Origin: Spirochaetota bacterium
GTDB lineage: Bacteria > Spirochaetota > UBA4802 > UBA5550
Length of the DNA stretch: 64,000 nt
Direction of reading: 5' to 3'
Assembly: GCA_035403465.1 (NCBI GenBank)
Contig: DAONFG010000009.1
Coordinates: 159-64,158 of the forward strand
Below the pieces are notes generated by a model. That model saw nothing but the letters and a program-made list of their open reading frames with translations, was not told the DNA's origin and searched no databases. Positions 7,693-16,982 of the stretch are shown one piece after another. Position 1 is the stretch's first letter. Each line of letters begins with the position of its first letter. The position numbers and the translations under genes were made by a program.

Positions 7693-8718
7693 TTATTTCA
7701 CTTCAACAAGCCATTTGTGTGTATCTTTGATATCGCCATACTGGATGCCGGTTAGTGTATTGTAAAGTTTCGTAATAACCGGGCCGGCCTCTTTATCAGA
7801 ACCGAACTTGAGGTTTTTGCCTTTATAATTAATAGTTGTTACCGGTGTTACAACAGCTGCAGTACCAACAGCCCCGATTTCGTCAAAGTCTGCAAGTTCG
7901 GCAACATCAACGGGCCGCCGTTCTACTTTCAGGCCAATGTCTTCTGCAATTTGCGCAAGGCTCATGTTTGTAATACTCGGGAGTATGCTTTTAGACTTCG
8001 GTGTTACATAGGAATTTCCCTTGATCCCGATAAAGTTTGATGTGCTGAACTCGTCTATGTATCTCTTTTCCCTGGAGTCAAGGTAAAGCACAACAGAGTA
8101 ACCTTTGTCATGGCCCCAGCGGTCGCCTGCAAGCCCTGCCGCATAGTTACCGCCAACCTTGCAGTCGCCCACACCGTCAGGTGCAGCACGGTCATAGTTC
8201 AGCGCAATAATTGCTTTTACAGGGTGGATCCCCCCCTTGTAGTAGGGGCCAACAGGTGTTACAAATATTACAAAGATATATTCATCTGCAGGTCCGAGTC
8301 CTACACGTGGGCCCGTGCCGATAACAAGCGGGCGCAGGTAAAGGCTTGCCCCTGTTCCGTAAGGGGGAACAAATCTCCTGTTTGCTGATATAACTTTTTT
8401 ACATGCATCAACGAACATTGCTTTCGGCATCGGGGGAATTGATATTCTTTCAGATGTCTTCTGCAGCCGTTTCCAGTTCTCTTCAGGTCTGAAAACTACG
8501 ATCTTACCGGTTTTTGTTTCAAAGGCTTTTATCCCCTCAAAGCACTCCTGGCCGTAGTGCAGGCATGGAGCTGCCATGTGGATATTGAGGTTTTCATCCT
8601 GTACAAGTTCGCCCTTTGACCATTTTCCTTTTTTATAATAGTACCTGATGTTGAAGTCGGTTTTCTGATAACCGAAGGAGAGGTTTGACCAGTCCATGTT
8701 AGCTTTTTCGCTGCTCAT
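7693..8718 (-). CDS. ilvE: Branched-chain amino acid aminotransferase (class IV, long form)
   Basis: 341-aa ORF with blocks YGQECFEGIKAF, SLYLRPL, GDCKVGGNYAA and YIDEFSTSNF, typical of about 340-aa IlvE/BCAT. Confidence 0.9.
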   Translation of the reverse strand: MSSEKANMDWSNLSFGYQKTDFNIRYYYKKGKWSKGELVQDENLNIHMAAPCLHYGQECFEGIKAFETKTGKIVVFRPEENWKRLQKTSERISIPPMPKAMFVDACKKVISANRRFVPPYGTGASLYLRPLVIGTGPRVGLGPADEYIFVIFVTPVGPYYKGGIHPVKAIIALNYDRAAPDGVGDCKVGGNYAAGLAGDRWGHDKGYSVVLYLDSREKRYIDEFSTSNFIGIKGNSYVTPKSKSILPSITNMSLAQIAEDIGLKVERRPVDVAELADFDEIGAVGTAAVVTPVTTINYKGKNLKFGSDKEAGPVITKLYNTLTGIQYGDIKDTHKWLVEVK

Positions 8719-9055
8719 TTTATTACTCCTGGTATGTTAAAATCTCAGTTGCCTGATCTATCTCGAATAGTTTATGGGATAATGCCAGGCGATTGATATA
8801 TTGAAATGGCTGGATAATTGCGTAAAACCAGTCGTCCGTTAGTTATAACTTAACCGGAATTTTATTTTGTCAAGAGTTCATTGAAAAGAAAAGTCCGAAA
8901 ATACGAAATATTTTAAATTCTTGACTAAATGTATGTCATTTATTTTTGTATATATGATCTGCTGGTAAACCGGTTATGTTCCGATACAGTTTATGAATCA
9001 CCGGAATAGAGCTTTTCTGACAATCTTTTTTATTTAAATAAACCGGCTGTTCAAA

Positions 9056-9084
9056 TTGACTATTTACATAAAAACCGCTATTCT
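9056..9084 (+). promoter_or_regulatory. Candidate sigma70-type promoter for the inositol-3-phosphate synthase gene
   Basis: TTGACT (9056..9061), a 17-nt spacer, then TATTCT (9079..9084), about 30 nt upstream of the GTG start. Pattern match only. Confidence 0.3.
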
Positions 9085-9113
9085 ATAAAATATCATAATT
9101 AAGGAGTCACACC

Positions 9114-10433
9114 GTGGTCCAGAAAAATTCTGACATTAAAAGTCCTGAAGGAAAACTCGGCATAGTGATACCGGGCCTTGGCGCTGTAAGTACAACATTC
9201 ATCGCAGGCGTAATGCTCGTAAGAAAGGGGATCAGGCTCCCCATTGGTTCTCTCACCCAGATGGGAAAGCTCAGGGTTGGCCGCGGCGAGAACGCAAAAG
9301 AGGTAAGCATTAAAGATTTTGTTCCGCTTGCAAGCCTGAACGATCTTGAGTTCGCAGGATGGGACATATTCGAGGATACAGTATACCAGTCCGCAAAAAA
9401 CGCGCAGGTCCTGTCTAACGATGACCTGGAGGCTGTTAAAGATGAAATGTCTAAAATAAAACCGTGGAAGGCTGTCTTCAACAGGCATTTTGTAAAGAAG
9501 CTCGACGGGAAATGGGTCAAGGAAGCCCCTTCATACTGGGACCTTGCGCAGATGGTCAAGGATGATATACTCAGGTTCAAAGAAGAAAAGAAGCTGCCAA
9601 GGCTTGTGATGATATGGTGCGGAAGTACCGAAATATACCAGGAGATGATTCCCGGTGTCCATGATACACTTGAGAATTTCGAAAAGGCCCTGAAGTCAAG
9701 CCACCCGAACATAGCACCCAGCATGATCTATGCTTATGCGGCAATTGATCTCGGCCTGCCGTTTGCAAACGGAGCCCCTAACCTCTGCACCGATATACCC
9801 GCGCTGTGGGAACTCGCAGACAAGAGGCGCGTTCCCATGTGCGGCAAGGATTTTAAAACAGGCCAGACATTCATGAAGACCCTGCTTGCGCCTGGACTCA
9901 AGTCAAGGATGCTCGGCATGAGGGGATGGTATTCAACAAACATCCTTGGCAACAGGGACGGTGAAGTTCTTGATGACCCGGACTCATTCAAGACAAAAGA
10001 GGTAAGCAAACTTTCAGTCCTCGAGCAGATACTGCAGCCTGATGACTATCCCGAACTCTACAAGGATTTCTACCACAAGGTTACAATCAACTACTATCCT
10101 CCACGAGGCGACAACAAGGAGGGATGGGACAATATAGACATATTCGGCTGGCTCGGGTACCCCATGCAGATCAAGGTGAACTTCCTGTGCAGGGATTCAA
10201 TACTCGCGGCCCCGATCGTGCTTGACCTTGTCATCTTCCTTGACCTTGCGTCAAGGGCTTCACTTGCCGGCAACCAGGAATGGCTCTCGTTCTACTGGAA
10301 GAGTCCCATGCACGCGCCGAATGAACTTCCCGAGCATGATATATTCGTACAGCTCATGAGACTTAAAAACACACTGCGCTGGTTCATGGATGAGCCGCCT
10401 GTAACATATCTCGGTTCCGAGACATATAACTGA
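9114..10433 (+). CDS. ino1: myo-Inositol-3-phosphate synthase (MIPS)
   Basis: 439-aa ORF with a GTG start 7 nt after AAGGAG. Blocks are GIVIPGLGAVSTTFIAGV, SMIYAYAAIDLGLPFANGAPN, CGKDFKTGQTFMKTLLAP, GWYSTNILGNRDG and LAAPIVLDLV. They align block-for-block with archaeal/bacterial MIPS as I remember it. Confidence 0.9.
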   Translation: MVQKNSDIKSPEGKLGIVIPGLGAVSTTFIAGVMLVRKGIRLPIGSLTQMGKLRVGRGENAKEVSIKDFVPLASLNDLEFAGWDIFEDTVYQSAKNAQVLSNDDLEAVKDEMSKIKPWKAVFNRHFVKKLDGKWVKEAPSYWDLAQMVKDDILRFKEEKKLPRLVMIWCGSTEIYQEMIPGVHDTLENFEKALKSSHPNIAPSMIYAYAAIDLGLPFANGAPNLCTDIPALWELADKRRVPMCGKDFKTGQTFMKTLLAPGLKSRMLGMRGWYSTNILGNRDGEVLDDPDSFKTKEVSKLSVLEQILQPDDYPELYKDFYHKVTINYYPPRGDNKEGWDNIDIFGWLGYPMQIKVNFLCRDSILAAPIVLDLVIFLDLASRASLAGNQEWLSFYWKSPMHAPNELPEHDIFVQLMRLKNTLRWFMDEPPVTYLGSETYN

Positions 10434-10443
10434 TAATCTGTTC

Positions 10444-10479
10444 CGGCACTGCGGGATCCACGGGGACCACGCAGTGCCG
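10444..10479. terminator. GC-rich hairpin downstream of ino1 (possible terminator; no U-tract)
   Basis: 10-bp perfect stem cggcactgcg(10444..10453)/cgcagtgccg(10470..10479) around a 16-nt loop. Confidence 0.4.
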
Positions 10480-10505
10480 AATATAACTGTTTACCGGGGT
10501 ATGTC

Positions 10506-11552
10506 ATGTTATTCCAGTTCAGGGCCGCTGCATCCGCAATCATCTCAACTCTTCTCTTCATGTCTGTCAACCAGGCGCTCTTTTCGCAGGATTCAGGACC
10601 CGCAGCAGCCGGTGACATCTACCTGCTAAGAAACGGCAGGATAATCCACATAGCCGGAACTGATCCCGAGGAGCTGAACCTTAACGGTGATGTTACGGCC
10701 GTCTTTACTGCGGATTCAGGCGTCTACTATGTCAGGCACGATGACCAGGGCTACACCGCGGGTTTTTATACACCGGGACCTGCCGGGAGCGGTGAATACC
10801 AGGTACTGCACCAGTCATACACGGTCGAAAGGTTCATTGTATCCGAAAAAATAATTTATATACTCTTTAAAAAGCCGGGCGAACTTGCCGGTTCAGGAAG
10901 CAATGAACTTTTGAGGATTAATCCTGCCACCGGTTTGATAGATACCGTTGATCAGGTTTCTGATTTCGGCCTTGTGCGCGGCACGGTTTTTATTCTCCGC
11001 GGCAGGGAAATCCAGTACAACGGCGGATCAATCCCTCTCATGATTGAGGGGGATATGCATGTCAGGGCAGTTGTTGATGACAGGCTCGTGCTGGTCGGGA
11101 GCGGCGAAGAGACCGAGGTCTGCGACGTTGTAGAGGGGCGGAACATCTACCAGTACAGCGGTACAGGAAGTTTCCCGGTGAATGAGGAGTATAACCTTGT
11201 TTTCGAATTTGCTGATACAGGGGTTTCAGGCGGTGCGTCAGATCCCGATGGCAGCATGGTCTACTACAATATCATCATAAACGGCTACGAGGATGAAAGG
11301 ACTGAAACAGCCCCCGGCCGGGTGACGAAAACATCATACCTGCTACTTGACCCGGGCAGGAGCTATCTTGTCCGCGTGGAGAGGTGGGAACTTGACAGGG
11401 TTAAGGGAAAATACGTCAGGGCGAACAATGTCATGCAGCCGGGTGAACTGAAAGTTTTTGTACCGGAAAACAGGGGGCTGAAGATAATCGTGGAGTTTAC
11501 AGGTTCAGGTTATAATATCAGGCAGGGTGTTTACAGGGGCAATGAAAAATAA
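10506..11552 (+). CDS. Hypothetical secreted protein
   Basis: 348-aa ORF with an N-terminal signal-like segment AIISTLLFMSVNQALFSQD. Composition is beta-rich. No family recognised. Confidence 0.55.
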   Translation: MLFQFRAAASAIISTLLFMSVNQALFSQDSGPAAAGDIYLLRNGRIIHIAGTDPEELNLNGDVTAVFTADSGVYYVRHDDQGYTAGFYTPGPAGSGEYQVLHQSYTVERFIVSEKIIYILFKKPGELAGSGSNELLRINPATGLIDTVDQVSDFGLVRGTVFILRGREIQYNGGSIPLMIEGDMHVRAVVDDRLVLVGSGEETEVCDVVEGRNIYQYSGTGSFPVNEEYNLVFEFADTGVSGGASDPDGSMVYYNIIINGYEDERTETAPGRVTKTSYLLLDPGRSYLVRVERWELDRVKGKYVRANNVMQPGELKVFVPENRGLKIIVEFTGSGYNIRQGVYRGNEK

Positions 11553-11554
11553 AA

Positions 11555-11575
11555 AGGAGGCCTTAATGGTCTCCT
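11555..11575. terminator. Bidirectional terminator between convergent genes
   Basis: 8-bp stem (one G-U pair) aggaggcc/ggtctcct with a 5-nt loop. It is flanked by an A-run (11545..11555) and by cttta, giving a U-tract for the minus-strand transcript. Confidence 0.5.
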
Positions 11576-11604
11576 CTTTATCTGAAACAATCAAAGGGGT
11601 TTTA

Positions 11605-12477
11605 TTATTTGCTGTCGTTTATTACAGCTGTCTTCCTCTCGTCTTTCTGCACTATCTTCTGCATCTCTTTAAACTCTACAGAGTCCCTGCCGTATTTAAG
11701 TTCAACAGCCTTGAGTATCGCCTGGTTCTTCCTGTTCCTGTAGAATGCGACTTCCTCATCCGGTGCGGCGCGGCTGTTATCAAGAATTGTTTCCATGAAC
11801 GCGTAGCAGCTTGAAAGATACTTGTATGCCCATTCGTCCTTTCTTGTCTCGTCAGTCAGTTCTATGTATCTTTCCAGAATCGGGATACAGGGCTTGAGGT
11901 TCCCCAGGTCATACTGGGTTGATACGTATATCCTGTACAGGACCACTTTGAAGTTGATGTACCTGGGATCGCTTTTTATTTCATTCGAGTTAATCTCATC
12001 AAGAAGATTAATCGCCCTTGTGAAATATGTAACAGACTTGGTTTTGGCCGTGACTTTAACGCCGGCGACATATCTGTCCTGCGCATTCTTTCTGTCAATT
12101 TCCTGCCAGTACCATTTTTCAGCGAGGTATTTCTTTTCCTTGAATTGTTCTCTTGTCCTTGAAATATCAGCAACCATATCATCAAGTATATCAACACCCT
12201 TGGAGTATTCATCCTTTGCCATTTTAAGGCGTGAATCTGAATAGTCCCTGCTGAGCTTTTCAAGGTCCTTGATTGACTTTATATACGGTTTATAATCTTC
12301 AGTTCTCCAGCCTTCACTGGCGGGCTGGTTAATGTTTCTTTCCTCGGTATCGCTTGTGATTGTACCGTCTGTAGTGCTTCCTGTACCCTGTGCCATAACC
12401 GCGGCTGAAAATAGAGATAGTATAATTGCTATCCCAAACAGTACAGGTAGTTTTCCATTAAAATATCCTGATTTCAT
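11605..12477 (-). CDS. Hypothetical secreted helical protein
   Basis: 290-aa ORF with signal peptide LPVLFGIAIILSLFSAAVMAQG. The rest is helix-rich and TPR-like by composition. No family recognised. Confidence 0.6.
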   Translation of the reverse strand: MKSGYFNGKLPVLFGIAIILSLFSAAVMAQGTGSTTDGTITSDTEERNINQPASEGWRTEDYKPYIKSIKDLEKLSRDYSDSRLKMAKDEYSKGVDILDDMVADISRTREQFKEKKYLAEKWYWQEIDRKNAQDRYVAGVKVTAKTKSVTYFTRAINLLDEINSNEIKSDPRYINFKVVLYRIYVSTQYDLGNLKPCIPILERYIELTDETRKDEWAYKYLSSCYAFMETILDNSRAAPDEEVAFYRNRKNQAILKAVELKYGRDSVEFKEMQKIVQKDERKTAVINDSK

Positions 12478-12884
12478 AATTACCCCTTCAAAACTGTGTA
12501 TTGAGCTTAGTATAATAATCGACTTTATAAGATCAAATATTTATCGATTTTTATGAATATTCCTGTAAAAAATGATAAAGAATGCAGCTTATGACAGGAA
12601 CAGGGAGTGAATAAAAAAGACAATTTATCTTGACATCAACCTTTATGAGAAGCTTATTTATTACTGTCACTGCGAAGCATGAAGGCAAGCATTATAGAAA
12701 CATCATGTTTCGTGCTTGCAGGCTGCCATCGTGGCAACACTGCCGTGGCGGTCTGTTCCGGCAGATTTAACAGTAAGCATAAAAATATGAATTTTTCTGA
12801 ACAGATTGCTTCACAGCGTTCGCAATTACAAAAGGCTGATACGCGGCCTGAGAACAACAGTAAAATAAAAACAGAAGTTACGGA

Positions 12885-13688
12885 ATGATAAAAAAGAACA
12901 GGGAACAATTCTGCTCATATTGTGAGTATACGGGGATAATTTTCAATCCATCATTTGAAGTTACCGGTGACAATGTCCTGTCTCCATGCCCCAAGTGTGT
13001 TGTGACAAAATGCAGGTGCGGCGGCGAGGACCCGTATTATTATTTTGAAAATGATAAGATCAGTCCCTGTTCATGCCGGGATACGCGTATGAAGATCGAA
13101 CGCATCCTCGAAATCTATTATGCTTCAGGTATAGACAAAAAGTTCAGGTGGAAAAATATAAGTGATTTTAAGGTGGGGAATAATAAACTCGCTTCAGAGG
13201 CGCACAAGGCCGCTTATGATATAATCACAAATTTTCCTGACGTAAAAAAGGGTCTCTACCTCTGGGGGAACCCTGGTACGGGAAAGACGCTTCTTTCGAC
13301 AATAATACTTACAGAGCTGATAAGGCACTATGCTGTGCCTGGCAAATTTATAAAAATCTCGCGGAATTTTTTCAACCTGCTCCGTTCAACATTCTCTGAA
13401 TCATCCCAGCTGTACGGGCAGTCAGGCATGATAGAGAAGGAGTTTGCTAATGTTGACGTCCTGGTAATAGATGATTTCGGTGTGCAGCGCGATTCATCCT
13501 GGGAGCAGGAGACTCTCTACAACCTCGTAGACGCAAGGTACGAGGGGGAAAAATTCACAATCATCACTTCGAACAATAATCCTGAAAAAACCCTCAGGGA
13601 ACTATCAGAGGGCCGCATACTTTCAAGGCTGAAGGAGATGTGCCGTATCCTTGAACTGAGCGGTGAGGACTACAGAGAGAAAAAATAA
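12885..13688 (+). CDS. DnaC/DnaI-like AAA+ ATPase (putative helicase loader) with N-terminal Cys-rich zinc-ribbon
   Basis: 267-aa ORF. Walker A is GNPGTGKTLLS and Walker B is VLVIDDFG. The N-terminus carries CSYCEYTG...CPKCVVTKCRCGG...CSC. Confidence 0.7.
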   Translation: MIKKNREQFCSYCEYTGIIFNPSFEVTGDNVLSPCPKCVVTKCRCGGEDPYYYFENDKISPCSCRDTRMKIERILEIYYASGIDKKFRWKNISDFKVGNNKLASEAHKAAYDIITNFPDVKKGLYLWGNPGTGKTLLSTIILTELIRHYAVPGKFIKISRNFFNLLRSTFSESSQLYGQSGMIEKEFANVDVLVIDDFGVQRDSSWEQETLYNLVDARYEGEKFTIITSNNNPEKTLRELSEGRILSRLKEMCRILELSGEDYREKK

Positions 13689-14128
13689 TGGCCGCTGTTT
13701 ACATTGGACTCGGCAGCAACCTGGGCAGCAGGGAACATTTCCTGTCCTCTGCCCGTAAAAGGATTGCTGAAAGTGCAGGTGACGTGATAGCGGAATCTAC
13801 GGTTCTCGAAACAAAGGCAGTGGACTTTACGCAGCAGCCTGATTTCCTGAACCAGGTAGTAAAAATTGAAACAGACCTTGACCCCATGCAGCTCCTTGAA
13901 ACATTAAAACGCATAGAAACAGAAATCGGCCGCAGCAAAACCTTCCACAAGGGACCCCGCGAGATCGACCTTGACATACTGCTCTACAATGGCATGGTTC
14001 TTAGCAGTGACAGGCTGGTGATACCCCACCCGGCTATTGTTCACCGTGACTTTGTGATGCAGCATCTGGTTGAACTTGATCCGGAACTGCGCGATCCTGT
14101 TACCGGGATGAAGTACAGGGACCTTTAA
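13688..14128 (+). CDS. folK: 2-amino-4-hydroxy-6-hydroxymethyldihydropteridine diphosphokinase (HPPK)
   Basis: 146-aa ORF with blocks VYIGLGSNLGS, GPREIDLDILLY and LVIPHP. The start overlaps the upstream stop (TAATG). Confidence 0.9.
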   Translation: MAAVYIGLGSNLGSREHFLSSARKRIAESAGDVIAESTVLETKAVDFTQQPDFLNQVVKIETDLDPMQLLETLKRIETEIGRSKTFHKGPREIDLDILLYNGMVLSSDRLVIPHPAIVHRDFVMQHLVELDPELRDPVTGMKYRDL

Positions 14129-14134
14129 ATATCC

Positions 14135-14177
14135 CCCCGGTAGCCCCGTTATGCATAACGGGGCTACCGGGGTTTTT
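14135..14177 (+). terminator. Rho-independent terminator after folK
   Basis: 16-bp perfect stem ccccggtagccccgtt/aacggggctaccgggg (14135..14172) followed by T5. Confidence 0.85.
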
Positions 14178-14277
14178 CCGCGGCTATCACCGAATAAAAA
14201 TTTTTTCTCTCCTTAAAATTTCCTTATATTAAAACATCACCGGGGGATTTACCTTCAAAATAATCTCCCTAATATTA

Positions 14278-14306
14278 TTGACTAATGGATCTATTTTTAT
14301 TTTAAT
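14278..14306 (+). promoter_or_regulatory. Candidate sigma70-type promoter for gap
   Basis: TTGACT (14278..14283), a 17-nt spacer, then TTTAAT (14301..14306), 53 nt upstream of the ATG. Pattern match only. Confidence 0.3.
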
Positions 14307-14346
14307 GCCGGTTGTCAGTTATCATATACTGCTCCGGCGGACCTAA

Positions 14347-15369
<1,023 letters not shown>

Positions 15370-15386
15370 ATAGTACAATGATGAAT

Positions 15387-15506
15387 GTCATTGCGAACGA
15401 CCAGCGGGAGTGTAGCAATCTGTTTTGGATGCATGTAGTTGATATTATTTGCGAACTGGTTAAATCCCTGACAGATTGTCGCGTCGCTAAAGCTCCTCGC
15501 AATGAC
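15387..15506. repeat. MITE-like element: two inverted copies of a ~35-nt unit (gtcattgcga...caatctg) separated by 49 nt
   Basis: The left unit spans 15387..15422 and the right unit 15472..15506. The reverse complement of the right unit shares the first 10 nt and last 7 nt with the left unit. The element produces the spurious ORF 15299..15601 (..LRGALATRQS..). Confidence 0.65.
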
Positions 15507-15557
15507 GCGTCATATAGACTGGTTTGATGTAACAATACAATTATTAAAGGTAAACCA

Positions 15558-16310
15558 ATGACCCGTAGAGAAATTTTCGCCGGAAACTGGAAGATGTACA
15601 AGACCTCTGCAGAGGCAGATGCCCTTGTAAGGGAACTTGTTGCCGGCCTTGATAAAAAGCCGGGGAGGGAATACGTAATTTTCCCGCCGTTTCCCTATAT
15701 CAGGGATGTTTCAGCAATATGTTCGGGCACCCTCTTCCGTACGGGCTCCCAGAACCTGTACCATGAAAAACAGGGCGCGTTCACAGGCGAGGTTTCCCCT
15801 TTAATGGTGAAGGACTGCGGCTGCAGTTTTGCTCTTATAGGCCATTCCGAGCGGAGGCATATATTCCACGAAACCGATTCCGATGTGAATAAAAAAGTCC
15901 GGGCAGCGCTTGATGCGGGCCTTGAGCCCATGGTCTGTGTCGGGGAACTCCTTGAGGAGAGGGAAAAGGGCGAAACTGCAAAAATCCTGAACAGGCAGAT
16001 ACGTGACGGGCTTGCCGGGTTTTCAGCACAGGATTTTGCGCGGATTACGATTGCATACGAACCTGTATGGGCGATTGGTACCGGTAAGGTCGCCACACCT
16101 GAAATGGCCGATGAAGCGCACGGGATTATAAGGAATATACTGAAAGATACTGCCGGGGCCGGGATTGCTGAAAATATGCCCGTTCTCTACGGCGGATCGG
16201 TTAAACCGGATAATATTGATGGATTGTACAGGATGGACAACATAGATGGCGTTCTTGTGGGCGGAGCCAGTCTTGAATCCGCATCGTTCCTGAAGATTAT
16301 CAACGTTTAG
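15558..16310 (+). CDS. tpiA: Triose-phosphate isomerase
   Basis: 250-aa ORF with blocks AGNWKM, IGHSERR, AYEPVWAIGTG and YGGSV. Confidence 0.95.
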   Translation: MTRREIFAGNWKMYKTSAEADALVRELVAGLDKKPGREYVIFPPFPYIRDVSAICSGTLFRTGSQNLYHEKQGAFTGEVSPLMVKDCGCSFALIGHSERRHIFHETDSDVNKKVRAALDAGLEPMVCVGELLEEREKGETAKILNRQIRDGLAGFSAQDFARITIAYEPVWAIGTGKVATPEMADEAHGIIRNILKDTAGAGIAENMPVLYGGSVKPDNIDGLYRMDNIDGVLVGGASLESASFLKIINV

Positions 16311-16366
16311 GGCATTCCCGATAATTCAATATTTACAGGGTCTAATGGTTGGTAGCCACTTCATAA

Positions 16367-16390
16367 GCTCCGCAGGGCTCCCTGCGGGGC
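16367..16390 (+). terminator. Hairpin downstream of tpiA (possible terminator or REP-like unit)
   Basis: 10-bp stem gctccgcagg/cctgcggggc (one G-U pair) with a 4-nt loop. A T5 run lies 12 nt downstream. Confidence 0.4.
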
Positions 16391-16594
16391 TGGAAACGGA
16401 GTTTTTGGGACCGCACTATAGTTTTTGCATCGGCATATAACTATTTCTTGACATCCATTATTATATGGATAATTCTGACTTAATAATGAAGAAATCCGCT
16501 TTTTTATACTGCTTTACAGCCGGTATCGAATAAAATTAAACTAAAAATACCCGGTTTTTAAGGGTATAATAATTTTGAAAATAATGAGGGAAAA

Positions 16595-16930
16595 ATGGGA
16601 GTTTTAACAAGTGTCGTTACTGTTTCATTTGCAATTATGTGTGTTCTGCTTATATTGATTATTCTTCTTCAGTCCGACAAAAGCGCAGGAATGGGTATTC
16701 TCGGCGGCGCAGGCCAGTCAACATTCGGATCCTCAACAGCTGATATAATCACAAAAGTCACTGCGGTTATGGTTGCCATCTTTATGGTCGGTTCCCTGGG
16801 GCTTTCAATACTGGAATCTAAAAGGATATCATCGCTCAGAGAGAAGCTGTTCAATGATAAAGCCCAGGATACAACTGTGATTGAAAAGAAGACAGAACAA
16901 CCTTCCCCGGAAAAAGCCGTTGATAAATAA
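16595..16930 (+). CDS. secG: Preprotein translocase subunit SecG
   Basis: 111-aa ORF with two TM segments. The block LLQSDKSAGMGILGGAGQSTFGS is the SecG signature. It sits downstream of tpiA, as in many bacteria. Confidence 0.85.
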   Translation: MGVLTSVVTVSFAIMCVLLILIILLQSDKSAGMGILGGAGQSTFGSSTADIITKVTAVMVAIFMVGSLGLSILESKRISSLREKLFNDKAQDTTVIEKKTEQPSPEKAVDK

Positions 16931-16982
16931 CCTCATTCCGCGGTTATAACGTCTTGATTACAGCTGTTACAGGAGCTAGATA

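Noticed and set aside
9107-9724. 205-aa minus-strand ORF, and the 129-aa ORF at 9099..9488, antisense to the inositol-3-phosphate synthase gene
   Set aside because: It lies entirely inside a confidently identified gene on the other strand. The sequence is low-complexity and Ser/Leu/Phe-rich with no motif, which is typical of a shadow ORF.
12679-12888. 69-aa ORF upstream of the DnaC-like gene as a firm gene call
   Set aside because: The only evidence is the ATGA overlap. I found no convincing SD for either possible start and no recognisable family. It is kept as a hypothesis in the findings, not as a feature.
16565-16570. Perfect TATAAT 25 nt upstream of secG
   Set aside because: No acceptable -35 element or TG extension lies at the right spacing, and AT-rich DNA yields such hexamers by chance.
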